A stretch of 22,643 nucleotides of DNA from Candidatus Sericytochromatia bacterium. Its GTDB lineage: Bacteria; Cyanobacteriota; Sericytochromatia; S15B-MN24; UBA4093. A program made the translations under genes and the position numbers. Where the stretch lies: NCBI GenBank assembly GCA_036676985.1, contig JAKFBU010000011.1:1-22643 (forward strand), written 5' to 3'. The notes under the pieces are model-generated. The model saw only the letters and a list, made by a program, of their open reading frames with translations, searched no databases and was not told where the DNA came from. Shown here in pieces: positions 8,805 through 18,338 of the stretch (position 1 is the stretch's first letter; every line of letters begins with the position of its first letter).

Positions 8805-8813
8805 TGCTATAAT
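8805..8813 (+). promoter_or_regulatory. Extended -10 promoter element (TGnTATAAT)
   Basis: TGCTATAAT ends 6 nt before the GTG at 8820; no clear -35 at canonical spacing. Confidence 0.6.
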
Positions 8814-8819
8814 CGCCCC

Positions 8820-9389
8820 GTGAGACGCTTTCATTTCAACTTCCCGCGCCGGATGGCCGCCGTGACGCTCGGACTGACCGCCTATGCCCTCGCCCTGGGC
8901 GAGCCGGCGCTGGCGCACCAGGATGACTCGGTCTGCGCCCTGCCGCCCGGCATGCCCGTGCGCGACGCCCAGGTCCGCCTGCTCGACGGCAAGTCGCTCC
9001 CCCTGCCCGGGACCCAGCCCACGCTGGTGGTCTTCTGGTCGGTCTTCAACCCATCTCCTTTGCCGGCGCTCGCCCAGGCGGCTCAGAAGCTCGCCGCGAG
9101 CCAGCCAGGCCGCTTGCGGGTGGTAGGCGTGAACCTTGACTCCAAGGCCATCGTCTCCAACCTCGATCAGAAGGTGCAGACCAAGGCCCGGCAACTCGGC
9201 ATGACCTTTCCGCAGGCGCTCGATCCGTTGCGCTACAGCCGAGACGCCTTCGGTCTGCGCAAGACGCCCGGCGCGATCTTGGTCTCGGAGGGCCGCATCG
9301 TGGGCGTCTTCTCCTTCGACCACGAGCAAGATGCGCCGCTCCTGGACGCCTTGGTCAAAAAATCCCTCGCAGCCCGCCCCAAGCGCTGA
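8820..9389 (+). CDS. Exported thioredoxin-fold (TlpA/redoxin-like) protein lacking the CxxC motif
   Basis: Signal peptide ending ALA-H; LLDGKSL...PTLVVFWS...LRVVGVNLD...MTFPQALDP...FGLRKTPGAILVSEGRIV follows the TlpA pattern, but FWSVFNPSP replaces FWATWCxxC. Confidence 0.75.
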   Translation: MRRFHFNFPRRMAAVTLGLTAYALALGEPALAHQDDSVCALPPGMPVRDAQVRLLDGKSLPLPGTQPTLVVFWSVFNPSPLPALAQAAQKLAASQPGRLRVVGVNLDSKAIVSNLDQKVQTKARQLGMTFPQALDPLRYSRDAFGLRKTPGAILVSEGRIVGVFSFDHEQDAPLLDALVKKSLAARPKR

Positions 9390-9433
9390 TTTCCTGCCCC
9401 CAAGCGATCGAGCGCTGGTTTTTCCGCCTCGGG

Positions 9434-9439
9434 TATAAT
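9434..9439 (+). promoter_or_regulatory. Candidate -10 element upstream of the DHH gene
   Basis: Perfect TATAAT about 120 nt upstream of ATG 9558 in otherwise GC-rich DNA. Confidence 0.5.
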
Positions 9440-9557
9440 CCGGCTGGGTGGCAGAAGAGCACCTTGCTGAACTGTTCCGTCCAGCCGCTTCGGGTGGCTA
9501 CTTGCGTCACATGCCTGGTTTAGCGAGGGGTTCCGGGTAGCGGGCGGGAAGGTTGGC

Positions 9558-10556
9558 ATGGAGCGGACGTCCCTGACGCGCGACCAGGTCGCGCGGCTCC
9601 TGCGGGAGACCGATCACTTCCTCATGGTGCCCCACGTCGCGCCGGACCCCGACACGCTGGGGGCCGCGGTGGGGCTCGCGATCCTCCTGGGGCGCCTGGG
9701 CAAGACGGCCTGGATCTACGCCCCCGAGGAGCTGCCCTTCGACTCGCGCTTCTTGGGCGAGCTCGCCCCCATCCTGCGCACCCCTCCCCCGGGGGACGAC
9801 TGGCACCCGATCGTGCTCGACTGCGGGAATCCCGCCCGCCTGCCGCCCCAGGCCGCGCTGCCCGGGATCTGGCTGAACATCGACCACCATCTGGGCAACC
9901 ACTTCTTCGCCACCCATACCTGGGTCGATCAGTCCGCCGCCGCCACCACGGAGCTGGTGGCGGACCTGACCGCGCCTTTGGGCCTGGAGTTCGATCAGGG
10001 GAGCGCCACGGCCCTCTATGCGGGCCTGCTCTACGACACCCGTGGCTTCGTCTCGGACAAGACCCGCCCCGAGACCCACGCGCTCGCGGCCAAGCTCGTG
10101 GCGGCGGGCGCGGACCCGCGCCGGGTGAACTACGAGATCAACGAGCAGCTCTCCGTCGAGGCCCTGCGCGTCATGGGCATGGCGCTCGCGGGGCTGCGCG
10201 AGGAGTGCGAGGGCTCGCTGGTCTGGACGGTCATCTCCCAGGAGATGCTCGCCGAGAGCGGGGCTTACGAGAGCGAGACGGACCTCGTCCTCTCGCAGCT
10301 GCCCAAGGTGTCGCGGGCGGAGGTGATGCTGCTCTTCAAGGAGCTCTCGGACGGCGGGATCAAGGTGTCGTTGCGATCGCGCGGGCAGGTGGACATCCAT
10401 GCGATCGCGCGGTCATTCGGAGGAGGCGGGCACCAGCTGGCGGCGGCGACGCGGCTGGAGCTACCGCTTGCGGACGCGCTGCATGAGGTGGTGCGGACGT
10501 GTCGCGCCGCCGTGGCGGCATGCCGGCCCTGCGGGGCCGGTCAGGTTGGGGGGTGA
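9558..10556 (+). CDS. nrnA: DHH/DHHA1 phosphoesterase (NrnA-type oligoribonuclease / pAp phosphatase)
   Basis: HVAPDPDTLG, VLDCG, NIDHH, YAGLLYDT, KVSLRSRG and FGGGGHQLAA motifs. Confidence 0.9.
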   Translation: MERTSLTRDQVARLLRETDHFLMVPHVAPDPDTLGAAVGLAILLGRLGKTAWIYAPEELPFDSRFLGELAPILRTPPPGDDWHPIVLDCGNPARLPPQAALPGIWLNIDHHLGNHFFATHTWVDQSAAATTELVADLTAPLGLEFDQGSATALYAGLLYDTRGFVSDKTRPETHALAAKLVAAGADPRRVNYEINEQLSVEALRVMGMALAGLREECEGSLVWTVISQEMLAESGAYESETDLVLSQLPKVSRAEVMLLFKELSDGGIKVSLRSRGQVDIHAIARSFGGGGHQLAAATRLELPLADALHEVVRTCRAAVAACRPCGAGQVGG

Positions 10557-10572
10557 AGGGAAGGGGGGAGGC

Positions 10573-11193
10573 ATGGACCAGGCGCTAGAAGCGCACGAGC
10601 AGGTGCTGATTCGTGCGGCACTGGCCTCGCCCTTTTTGAAGCAGTTGATAGTCGCCAGCGCGATCGCCGAAGGGCTTGCCGAACGGGGTTGGGACCCGTT
10701 GGTCATGGGGGACACGGCCGTCTCGTTGCACACGCAGGGGGGGTACGTGGGCCGGGACCTGACCATGGTCCTGGGGGACCATCCGGACGTGGACGAGGTC
10801 ATGACGCGCCTGGGCTTCGTGCGGAAGCCGAACCGCTGGTTTCAGGAGGACCTGAACCTGTTCGTGCCGGACCAGCCGACGGAGGTGGACCAGCAGGCGC
10901 GGATCCAGGAGGTGCTGGTGGAGGACACGCCGGTCCTCGTGATCGCGTCGGAGGACGCGCTTATCGAGCGGCTGGTGCTCTTGCGGGACACGCAGGACGT
11001 GAAGCACGGCCTGACGGCCTTGTTGTTGGCACTGTCGAACACGGACATGGACGTCGAGTACCTGATGCTGCAGGCCTACCGGGGCGGAATTTTCGAGGGT
11101 CTGATGGGGCTCCGGGAGCTCGTGAGCACCTACGAACAAGGCGAGGCCCCGAAGCGGCTCGACCTCGAGCTTCGCTTGCGGGACCTCTTTTAG
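10573..11193 (+). CDS. Nucleotidyltransferase-fold (DUF6036/AbiEii-like) protein with degenerate catalytic motif
   Basis: ATG 10573 follows a GGAGG RBS. PLVMGDTAVSLHTQGGYVGRDLTMVL resembles hhGGxAhxhhxxGxYxTxDhDhh; LGF and VIASEDALIERL segments also fit. Family call is by resemblance only. Confidence 0.6.
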   Translation: MDQALEAHEQVLIRAALASPFLKQLIVASAIAEGLAERGWDPLVMGDTAVSLHTQGGYVGRDLTMVLGDHPDVDEVMTRLGFVRKPNRWFQEDLNLFVPDQPTEVDQQARIQEVLVEDTPVLVIASEDALIERLVLLRDTQDVKHGLTALLLALSNTDMDVEYLMLQAYRGGIFEGLMGLRELVSTYEQGEAPKRLDLELRLRDLF

Positions 11194-11211
11194 CCTTTCC
11201 GGAGGGGCTGC

Positions 11212-13602
11212 TTACTTGGTTAGCGTGTTGTACAGCACCGCGCCGGACATCAGGACCTGTCCGAAGCCCTGTGCGATCGACGCCGCATCCACCCAGGGAT
11301 TGCTCCAGTCGATCCGCTCCGGAACGACGATGGTATCGCCGGGGTTGAGGCGCGAGGCCAACAGGTTGCGGCTGAAGACCCACCAGCCCTCGCGGTAGTT
11401 CTTCAAGGAGTGGACCTGGCCGTCGGCACGCACGACGTAGATATTGTCGTTGTCACCCTGAGCCGTGGCTCCGCCCGCTCGCCGTAGGTAGTCCCCGACG
11501 GTCATACGGCTATCGTAGCGCAGCGAGTTGGGCGAATACACCGCTCCCAGCACTGAAACCGTCTCGTTGATGGGCGGGATGTAGAGCGTATCCCCGTTGT
11601 CGAGCTGCAGGTCGTTCTTGGTCGCCCGCATTTTGGCCGGATCATCGAGCTGGACGACCACGCGCCCCGTGGCCTGAGACTTGCGAAGGTTCGCGACCAG
11701 CTCCTTCTGGGCGGCGAGCGCCCCCTCATTCACCTTGTCCTTGGCCGACGCCGCGATGATGGATTGCTCGATCCGATCGGCGAGGGCGGACAGCTGGTTC
11801 TTTTGCAGGATCTTCACCGCTTCCCGCGTGAAGACCGCGCCCGGAAGATAGGCCCGACGCGTGTACCCGCCGGCCCGCTCGATCAGGGACGATAGGGTCT
11901 CGCCCTCGAGGACGGTGTAGGTGCCGGGATTGGAGACTTCGCCGGAAACCTGGAGGGTCCAGGTCTTGCGGTAGTTGGCCGCCGACTTGACGAGGACCAC
12001 GTCGTCCTTCGCGAGCAACAGGTTGCTCGCCTCGTCCTTGGCGAGCGCGCGAACCGGCGAGAACGTCTGCCGCGCAAAGCGCGTGACGTTGTCGACCACC
12101 TGGGTCCGGGTCAGCTCCGCATTGCTCCCGTCGGCTTCAGGCTTGAGACCGCCCGCCATGTTGATGAGCTCGGCGAGCCGCATGTTCGGATAGAGACGGA
12201 ACTTGCCCGGTCGCAGGATCGCGCCGTAGATCTCCACCTCGGGCAGATCCCGGAACTCGCTCTGGGAGTAGACAGTGATCTTGTCGCGCGGCTGCAAGAC
12301 GAGATCATTCTTGGCGTCCTTCGCCAGCGCCATGCGCAAGTTGAAGGGCAAGATCTCCAGGTGGCGGTCCTCACCCACCTCACGACTGATCTGGGCGTAC
12401 TCGAAGTAGGACTCGGGCTTCAGCTCCGTCAGCGCCCCGACCACCTGGGAGACGCGCGTACCGGGCTTGATCTCGTATAACCCCGGCCGCTCGACGTTGC
12501 CGGACAGAGTGACGGCGTTTTCGAGCCGATCCAGGACACCGGCGACCGAGATCAGGTCACCATCCTGAAGCTTCATCTTGGCAACGGCCGGGGCGTTGAG
12601 ATCCAGCGTGCGAACCTCACGGCCGCTGTTGGCGCCGATCCGCTGGAGCTGGACTCGCTGCGTGTAAGCCTGCGCCAGCAGGCCGCCCGCCAGCTCCAGG
12701 CTCTCGGTCAAGGTCGCCCCCGGCTTGAGCTCGTAGATGGCAGGCTGGCGGACGTTGCCCGCGATTCCGACCTGGGACCCGATACTCGGCACGAAGACAA
12801 TGTCCCCGGCCTCGAGGCGGACGTTTCCGGCAGCCTGGCCCTTGAGGAGGAAGTCATAGAAGTCGAAGGTGGCGACGGTCCGACCGCCACGCTGGAGGCG
12901 CACGTTGCGCAGGCTGCCATTCTTGGCGACACCGCCAGCCGCCTGCAAGAGAGTGGTGATCGTGCTCAGGGCACCCACGGTGTAGCTTCCGGGCTGCTTC
13001 ACGCGGCCCGCGAGGTACACCGTCAGCGTCCGGAGCTTCGCCAGACGCACGGTGACCTGGGAGCCCTTCGCACGGGCACGGATGGCGTTCTGGAATTGAG
13101 CGATGGTCATGCCGGAAACCGACAGCGTGCCGAAGTTGGGAATGAAGATCGTCCCCTCTCGGCTGACGATGGAGCGAATCTCCTGCGTCGAGTACGGCAC
13201 GTTGAGAGCCAGCTCATCGCCGGGGCCCAGCGGATAGGATGACGGCACCGCGGCCTCGCTCGTCAAGCCATTGCCGGCGATCCCCCCCAGAAAAAGCTCG
13301 TAGCCGAACTGGCGAAGGGGCTCTCCGTCTAGGCCCGGGGCCTGGGCGAAGAAGCGCTCCATGGGCGAGAAAGTCTCGTCGCCGACAGACTTCGCAACAG
13401 GGACCGAAACAGTCGCCTGCTCCGACTGGAGCTCAGTGGTTGCCTGACTCTCGAGGGCCGATTGCGTCTCCGGCGTCAAGACCTGGACCGCGGGGCGGCT
13501 CGACGAGGGCAGCACATAGGTCTGCTGAGCGAAACCGGGAGACGGAACCGAAAGGAACGCCACCATCGCGGCGACCATCCGGGTGATCTTCTGATTGTAC
13601 AT
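11212..13602 (-). CDS. Large SLBB-repeat polysaccharide export (OPX; Wza/KpsD-like) protein
   Basis: Signal peptide; FGYELF...YPLGPGDEL...VSREGTIFIPNFGTLSVSGMT (Poly_export); repeated V.G.V..PG.Y...AGG...L..GD SLBB units; amphipathic C-terminal helix. Confidence 0.9.
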   Translation of the reverse strand: MYNQKITRMVAAMVAFLSVPSPGFAQQTYVLPSSSRPAVQVLTPETQSALESQATTELQSEQATVSVPVAKSVGDETFSPMERFFAQAPGLDGEPLRQFGYELFLGGIAGNGLTSEAAVPSSYPLGPGDELALNVPYSTQEIRSIVSREGTIFIPNFGTLSVSGMTIAQFQNAIRARAKGSQVTVRLAKLRTLTVYLAGRVKQPGSYTVGALSTITTLLQAAGGVAKNGSLRNVRLQRGGRTVATFDFYDFLLKGQAAGNVRLEAGDIVFVPSIGSQVGIAGNVRQPAIYELKPGATLTESLELAGGLLAQAYTQRVQLQRIGANSGREVRTLDLNAPAVAKMKLQDGDLISVAGVLDRLENAVTLSGNVERPGLYEIKPGTRVSQVVGALTELKPESYFEYAQISREVGEDRHLEILPFNLRMALAKDAKNDLVLQPRDKITVYSQSEFRDLPEVEIYGAILRPGKFRLYPNMRLAELINMAGGLKPEADGSNAELTRTQVVDNVTRFARQTFSPVRALAKDEASNLLLAKDDVVLVKSAANYRKTWTLQVSGEVSNPGTYTVLEGETLSSLIERAGGYTRRAYLPGAVFTREAVKILQKNQLSALADRIEQSIIAASAKDKVNEGALAAQKELVANLRKSQATGRVVVQLDDPAKMRATKNDLQLDNGDTLYIPPINETVSVLGAVYSPNSLRYDSRMTVGDYLRRAGGATAQGDNDNIYVVRADGQVHSLKNYREGWWVFSRNLLASRLNPGDTIVVPERIDWSNPWVDAASIAQGFGQVLMSGAVLYNTLTK

Positions 13603-13723
13603 TTGCCATCACTTCCAGGAAACAGGGAGCGTCGTAAGGCACTATGCCCATTTCAACAGCCCTCAATTAGCCCATAATCAGGCAAGCAGAGCAAATTTCA
13701 CGATTTGTCATAAAGCAAAAACA

Positions 13724-13753
13724 AGAGGCCGCTTGCCATGGCAAGCGGCCTCT
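13724..13753 (-). terminator. Rho-independent terminator of the 13782-14249 gene
   Basis: Perfect 30-bp palindrome AGAGGCCGCTTGCCATGGCAAGCGGCCTCT followed on the minus strand by TGTTTTTGCTTT, 28 nt after the stop. Confidence 0.8.
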
Positions 13754-13781
13754 GAATAAAAGTCTTGTGCTCAACCTTCGA

Positions 13782-14249
13782 TCAAATGGGCCCCCCGAAC
13801 GTCAGAGCCAGAGAGCTCGTGCCCAATAGGCCATGGCGATACTCGGCACCGACGGCACCGGTCAAAAAGGCAATCCGCCCGCCGGCCAGGACATCGCCCC
13901 ACAGGGGGGACGCATTGAGAGCAGGCGAGCCTCCCGGAACGTAGTTCAACCCCAGTCCGCAATAGACGGGGCCGTTCGTCAGCAAGCCGACATTGAGGCG
14001 ACTGGCGCTCGTGGCGACCATGTCGACCTCACCTCCCAAGCGAACGGAAAGGGCATCGCCCAGTTCCTGCTTGAGCGCCACGCCGATGAGTGGGCGCATG
14101 GTATCAGAGGTATTTACGACTGCCGAGAGGCTAAGGTCACTCTGAGACCCTTGATGCTCGTAATTGGCCGCCACGGCAGTTGGCCCATCGACAAGCCAGG
14201 CAAAAAGGGCAAACGCGAGGACGCGGCTCATAAACCTTACAACATTCAC
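13782..14249 (-). CDS. Small exported beta-strand-rich hypothetical protein (possible small outer-membrane beta-barrel)
   Basis: Signal-peptide-like N-terminus ending AVA-A; alternating hydrophobic/Gly strands (VYCGLGLNY, VGAEYRH, LALTFG); followed by a terminator. Start could be ATG 14231. Confidence 0.6.
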   Translation of the reverse strand: MNVVRFMSRVLAFALFAWLVDGPTAVAANYEHQGSQSDLSLSAVVNTSDTMRPLIGVALKQELGDALSVRLGGEVDMVATSASRLNVGLLTNGPVYCGLGLNYVPGGSPALNASPLWGDVLAGGRIAFLTGAVGAEYRHGLLGTSSLALTFGGPI

Positions 14250-14393
14250 GTGATTAACCTGTAAATTGAAACCCGTTTGATCATTCGCATCTTAGTCGAC
14301 TCCACCCTGCTCTCACCATCGATACAACGTGAAGATTGCCCTGGAAACGTGAATACCGCCTCACAGTCAAAGGCGCTCTGCGCTGCTTGGATC

Positions 14394-14422
14394 TTGGCGC
14401 CGTTGAGCCGAGCCGATATCAT
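14394..14422 (+). promoter_or_regulatory. Candidate sigma70 promoter of ettA
   Basis: TTGGCG, 17 nt, TATCAT, ending 42 nt before the GTG start. Confidence 0.5.
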
Positions 14423-14464
14423 GGGGTTTCGTTTGTTTGCGTAACGCTCAAGAGAGGGATATCC

Positions 14465-16126
<1,662 letters not shown>

Positions 16127-16133
16127 CGAACCT

Positions 16134-16169
16134 GAAAGGGGGCGGTAGCAAATGCTACCGCCCCCTTTC
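16134..16169. terminator. Probable bidirectional terminator between convergent ettA and the symporter operon
   Basis: 17-bp inverted repeat GAAAGGGGGCGGTAGCA-AA-TGCTACCGCCCCCTTTC starting 7 nt after the ettA stop. Confidence 0.8.
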
Positions 16170-16216
16170 GTATCGGTGAATGGCGGGACTAGCCGCTCCT
16201 AGCACCCACAACAATT

Positions 16217-16273
16217 CCGTTTGTCTTGAGCCAGGTCGAAAGCCTGTCCTGAGCCTGTCGAAGGGGCAAACGG
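16217..16273. repeat. REP-like element with two tandem TGAGCC-n-GTCGAA units inside a 9-bp inverted repeat
   Basis: TGTCTTGAGCCAGGTCGAAAG (16222-16242) and TGTCCTGAGCCTGTCGAAGG (16245-16264), flanked by CCGTTTGTC and GGCAAACGG. Confidence 0.7.
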
Positions 16274-16277
16274 TTCC

Positions 16278-16535
16278 CTATGAAATCGAAGCCCGCTCAC
16301 TGTCAGCCGGCACCGCCCCAGGGAGCTCCCGCTCCGACCGCTGCTCCTGAGGCGCCAACTTCTGCCACAACAGCATCGCCACCCCGAACACCGCCATGCA
16401 CCCACCCCAGATCAAGTTCAGGTTGATCCCGAGGGAAATCCGGTACATCTCACCCGGGGTGAGAAGGCCGTAGGCCCCGATCAGAACGCCGAGCACCAGG
16501 AACATCAAACCGATGGGCGTACGAATATCGAGCAT
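16278..16535 (-). CDS. Small two-TM membrane protein associated with the sodium:solute symporter
   Basis: LDIRTPIGLMF...YG...SLGINLNLIWG; GGAGG RBS; starts 9 nt after the symporter stop. Confidence 0.85.
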   Translation of the reverse strand: MLDIRTPIGLMFLVLGVLIGAYGLLTPGEMYRISLGINLNLIWGGCMAVFGVAMLLWQKLAPQEQRSERELPGAVPADSERASIS

Positions 16536-16544
16536 GGCGTCCTC

Positions 16545-18182
16545 CTACCAGTACATGAGGTTCAGGGCGATGGTGGCCACGAGCACGATCCCGCCCACGA
16601 AGGCCGGGCGCTTGTACCATACCACCCCCGCAACCGACGGCTTCGGAGTCAGGCTGTAGACCAGCCCCTCGAGCTCCTGATCGGCCCGGGGCCGGGTCAA
16701 GAAGCTCACGAGAATCGTCAGGGCGAAGCACACCACGAAGGCATAAATGGCCGCGTAGAAGTTCGAGGCCATGTCGCTCGGATAGGTGAGCACCTTGACC
16801 TGCACGAGCCCATAGTGCCCCATGGCGGTCACCGTGCCGGCCACCAGGCCCCAGAAGGCCCCGTGCCCCGTCGCCCGCTTCCAGAACATCCCCAGAAGGA
16901 AGGTCGCAAAGAGCGGCGCGTTGAAGAACGAGAACAGCAGCTGGAGGTAGTCCATGATGTTCTTGAAGTTCATCGCGATGTAGGCGGCACCCACCGAGAT
17001 GAGGATGCCGACGAACGTCGCCATGCGCCCCATCCAGAGGTAGTGCGCGTCCGTGCCGTCCTTCTTGAGGTAGGCCTGGTAGATGTCGTAGGTCCAGACG
17101 GTGTTGAAGGCCGTGACGTTACCCGCCATGCCCGACATGAACGACGCCAAGAGGGCCGTCAGGCCCAGCCCCAGCATGCCCGAAGGGTAGTAATGCTGCA
17201 GCAGCATTGGCAGGGCCATGTTGTAGTCGTAGGTGCCGTCCGCGAGCTTCGGCAGGATGGGAGCCGCGCCGTTGATCGGGTTCAGCGTGAGGGCGATCGC
17301 AATCAACCCCGGCGTGATCACGAGAAACGGGAACAGCATCTTGGGGAAGGCCGCGATGAGCGGGGTGTTCCGCGCGGCGTTCATGTCCTCGGCCGCCATG
17401 GCCCGCTGCACGACCAGGAAGTCCGTGCACCAGTAGCCGAAGGACAGCACGAAGCCGAGGCCCATCACCATCCCGAACCACTCGATGCCCATGGGGTTGC
17501 TGCCGGCGCTACCCAGGCCCTGCCAGGCATGGTTGAAGCCCTCCGGCATGCGAGCGACCAGGCCCTCCCAGCCGCCAACGTCCCGGAGACCCAGGAACAC
17601 CAGGGGCGCGAAGCCGAAGACGATCAGGAAGAACTGCAGCACCTCGTTGTAGATGCTCGAGGTCAGTCCGCCGAGGATCGTATAGGCGAGAACGACGCAG
17701 GCCGAAACGAGGATGCTCGCGTGGATGGACCAGCCCAGCAGCAGCTGGAAGACCAGGGCCATGGCGTACATGTTGATGCCCGAGGCGAGCACGGTCATGG
17801 CCGCGAAGGAGATGGCGTTCAGGCCGCGGGTCTTCTCGTCGAAGCGCAGCTTCAGGTACTCGGGGACGCTCCGGGCCTTGGACCCGTAGTAGAAGGGCAT
17901 CATGAAGATGCCGACGAAGAGCATCGCGGGCACGGCCCCGACCCAGTAGAAGTGGTTGGTGAGGATCCCGTACTTGGCCCCGTTGGCCGCCATGCCCATC
18001 ACCTCGAGGGCGCCGAGATTGGCGGACAGGAAGGCCAGACCCGTGATCCAGCCGGGAATCCGGCGCCCCGAGATGAAAAAGTCCTCGGAACTCTTGACGT
18101 TACGCTTAAGGGCGAAGCCGATGCCCAGAACGAACGCCGAGTAGATGACCAGGACCGCATAGTCGATCCACTGCGGATGCAT
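16545..18182 (-). CDS. Sodium:solute symporter (SSS/SLC5 family), probably sugar or polyol substrate
   Basis: DFFISGR, FLSANLGALE, SVPEYLKLRF, YTILGGL, YWCTDFLVVQRAMAA and LLGMFWKRATGHGAFWG motifs; many TM helices; start placed at ATG 18182. Substrate class is inference. Confidence 0.93.
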   Translation of the reverse strand: MHPQWIDYAVLVIYSAFVLGIGFALKRNVKSSEDFFISGRRIPGWITGLAFLSANLGALEVMGMAANGAKYGILTNHFYWVGAVPAMLFVGIFMMPFYYGSKARSVPEYLKLRFDEKTRGLNAISFAAMTVLASGINMYAMALVFQLLLGWSIHASILVSACVVLAYTILGGLTSSIYNEVLQFFLIVFGFAPLVFLGLRDVGGWEGLVARMPEGFNHAWQGLGSAGSNPMGIEWFGMVMGLGFVLSFGYWCTDFLVVQRAMAAEDMNAARNTPLIAAFPKMLFPFLVITPGLIAIALTLNPINGAAPILPKLADGTYDYNMALPMLLQHYYPSGMLGLGLTALLASFMSGMAGNVTAFNTVWTYDIYQAYLKKDGTDAHYLWMGRMATFVGILISVGAAYIAMNFKNIMDYLQLLFSFFNAPLFATFLLGMFWKRATGHGAFWGLVAGTVTAMGHYGLVQVKVLTYPSDMASNFYAAIYAFVVCFALTILVSFLTRPRADQELEGLVYSLTPKPSVAGVVWYKRPAFVGGIVLVATIALNLMYW

Positions 18183-18338
18183 CCTCGTTTCCTTTCGTAG
18201 GAACAGTGAACGGCACATCGGCGTCCGTCCTGGATGCTAGATACCACGCTCCCTTGCTTCCTAACCGGGGCGCGCGGTTTGCATTTCGGCTAAAAAACGA
18301 TGAAAATGCTCTTGTTTCGAATTGGGAGTTGTACACGC

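Noticed and set aside
11192-11209. Hairpin between the convergent genes ending at 11193 and 11212
   Set aside because: Short stem that relies on G-U pairs and has no U tract; too weak to call a terminator.
16141-16148. GGCGGTAG, matching the RfaH ops core
   Set aside because: It is one arm of the terminator after ettA, not upstream of the polysaccharide export gene; no ops seen in that gene's leader.
16815-18200. 461-aa plus-strand ORF
   Set aside because: Antisense shadow of the sodium:solute symporter.
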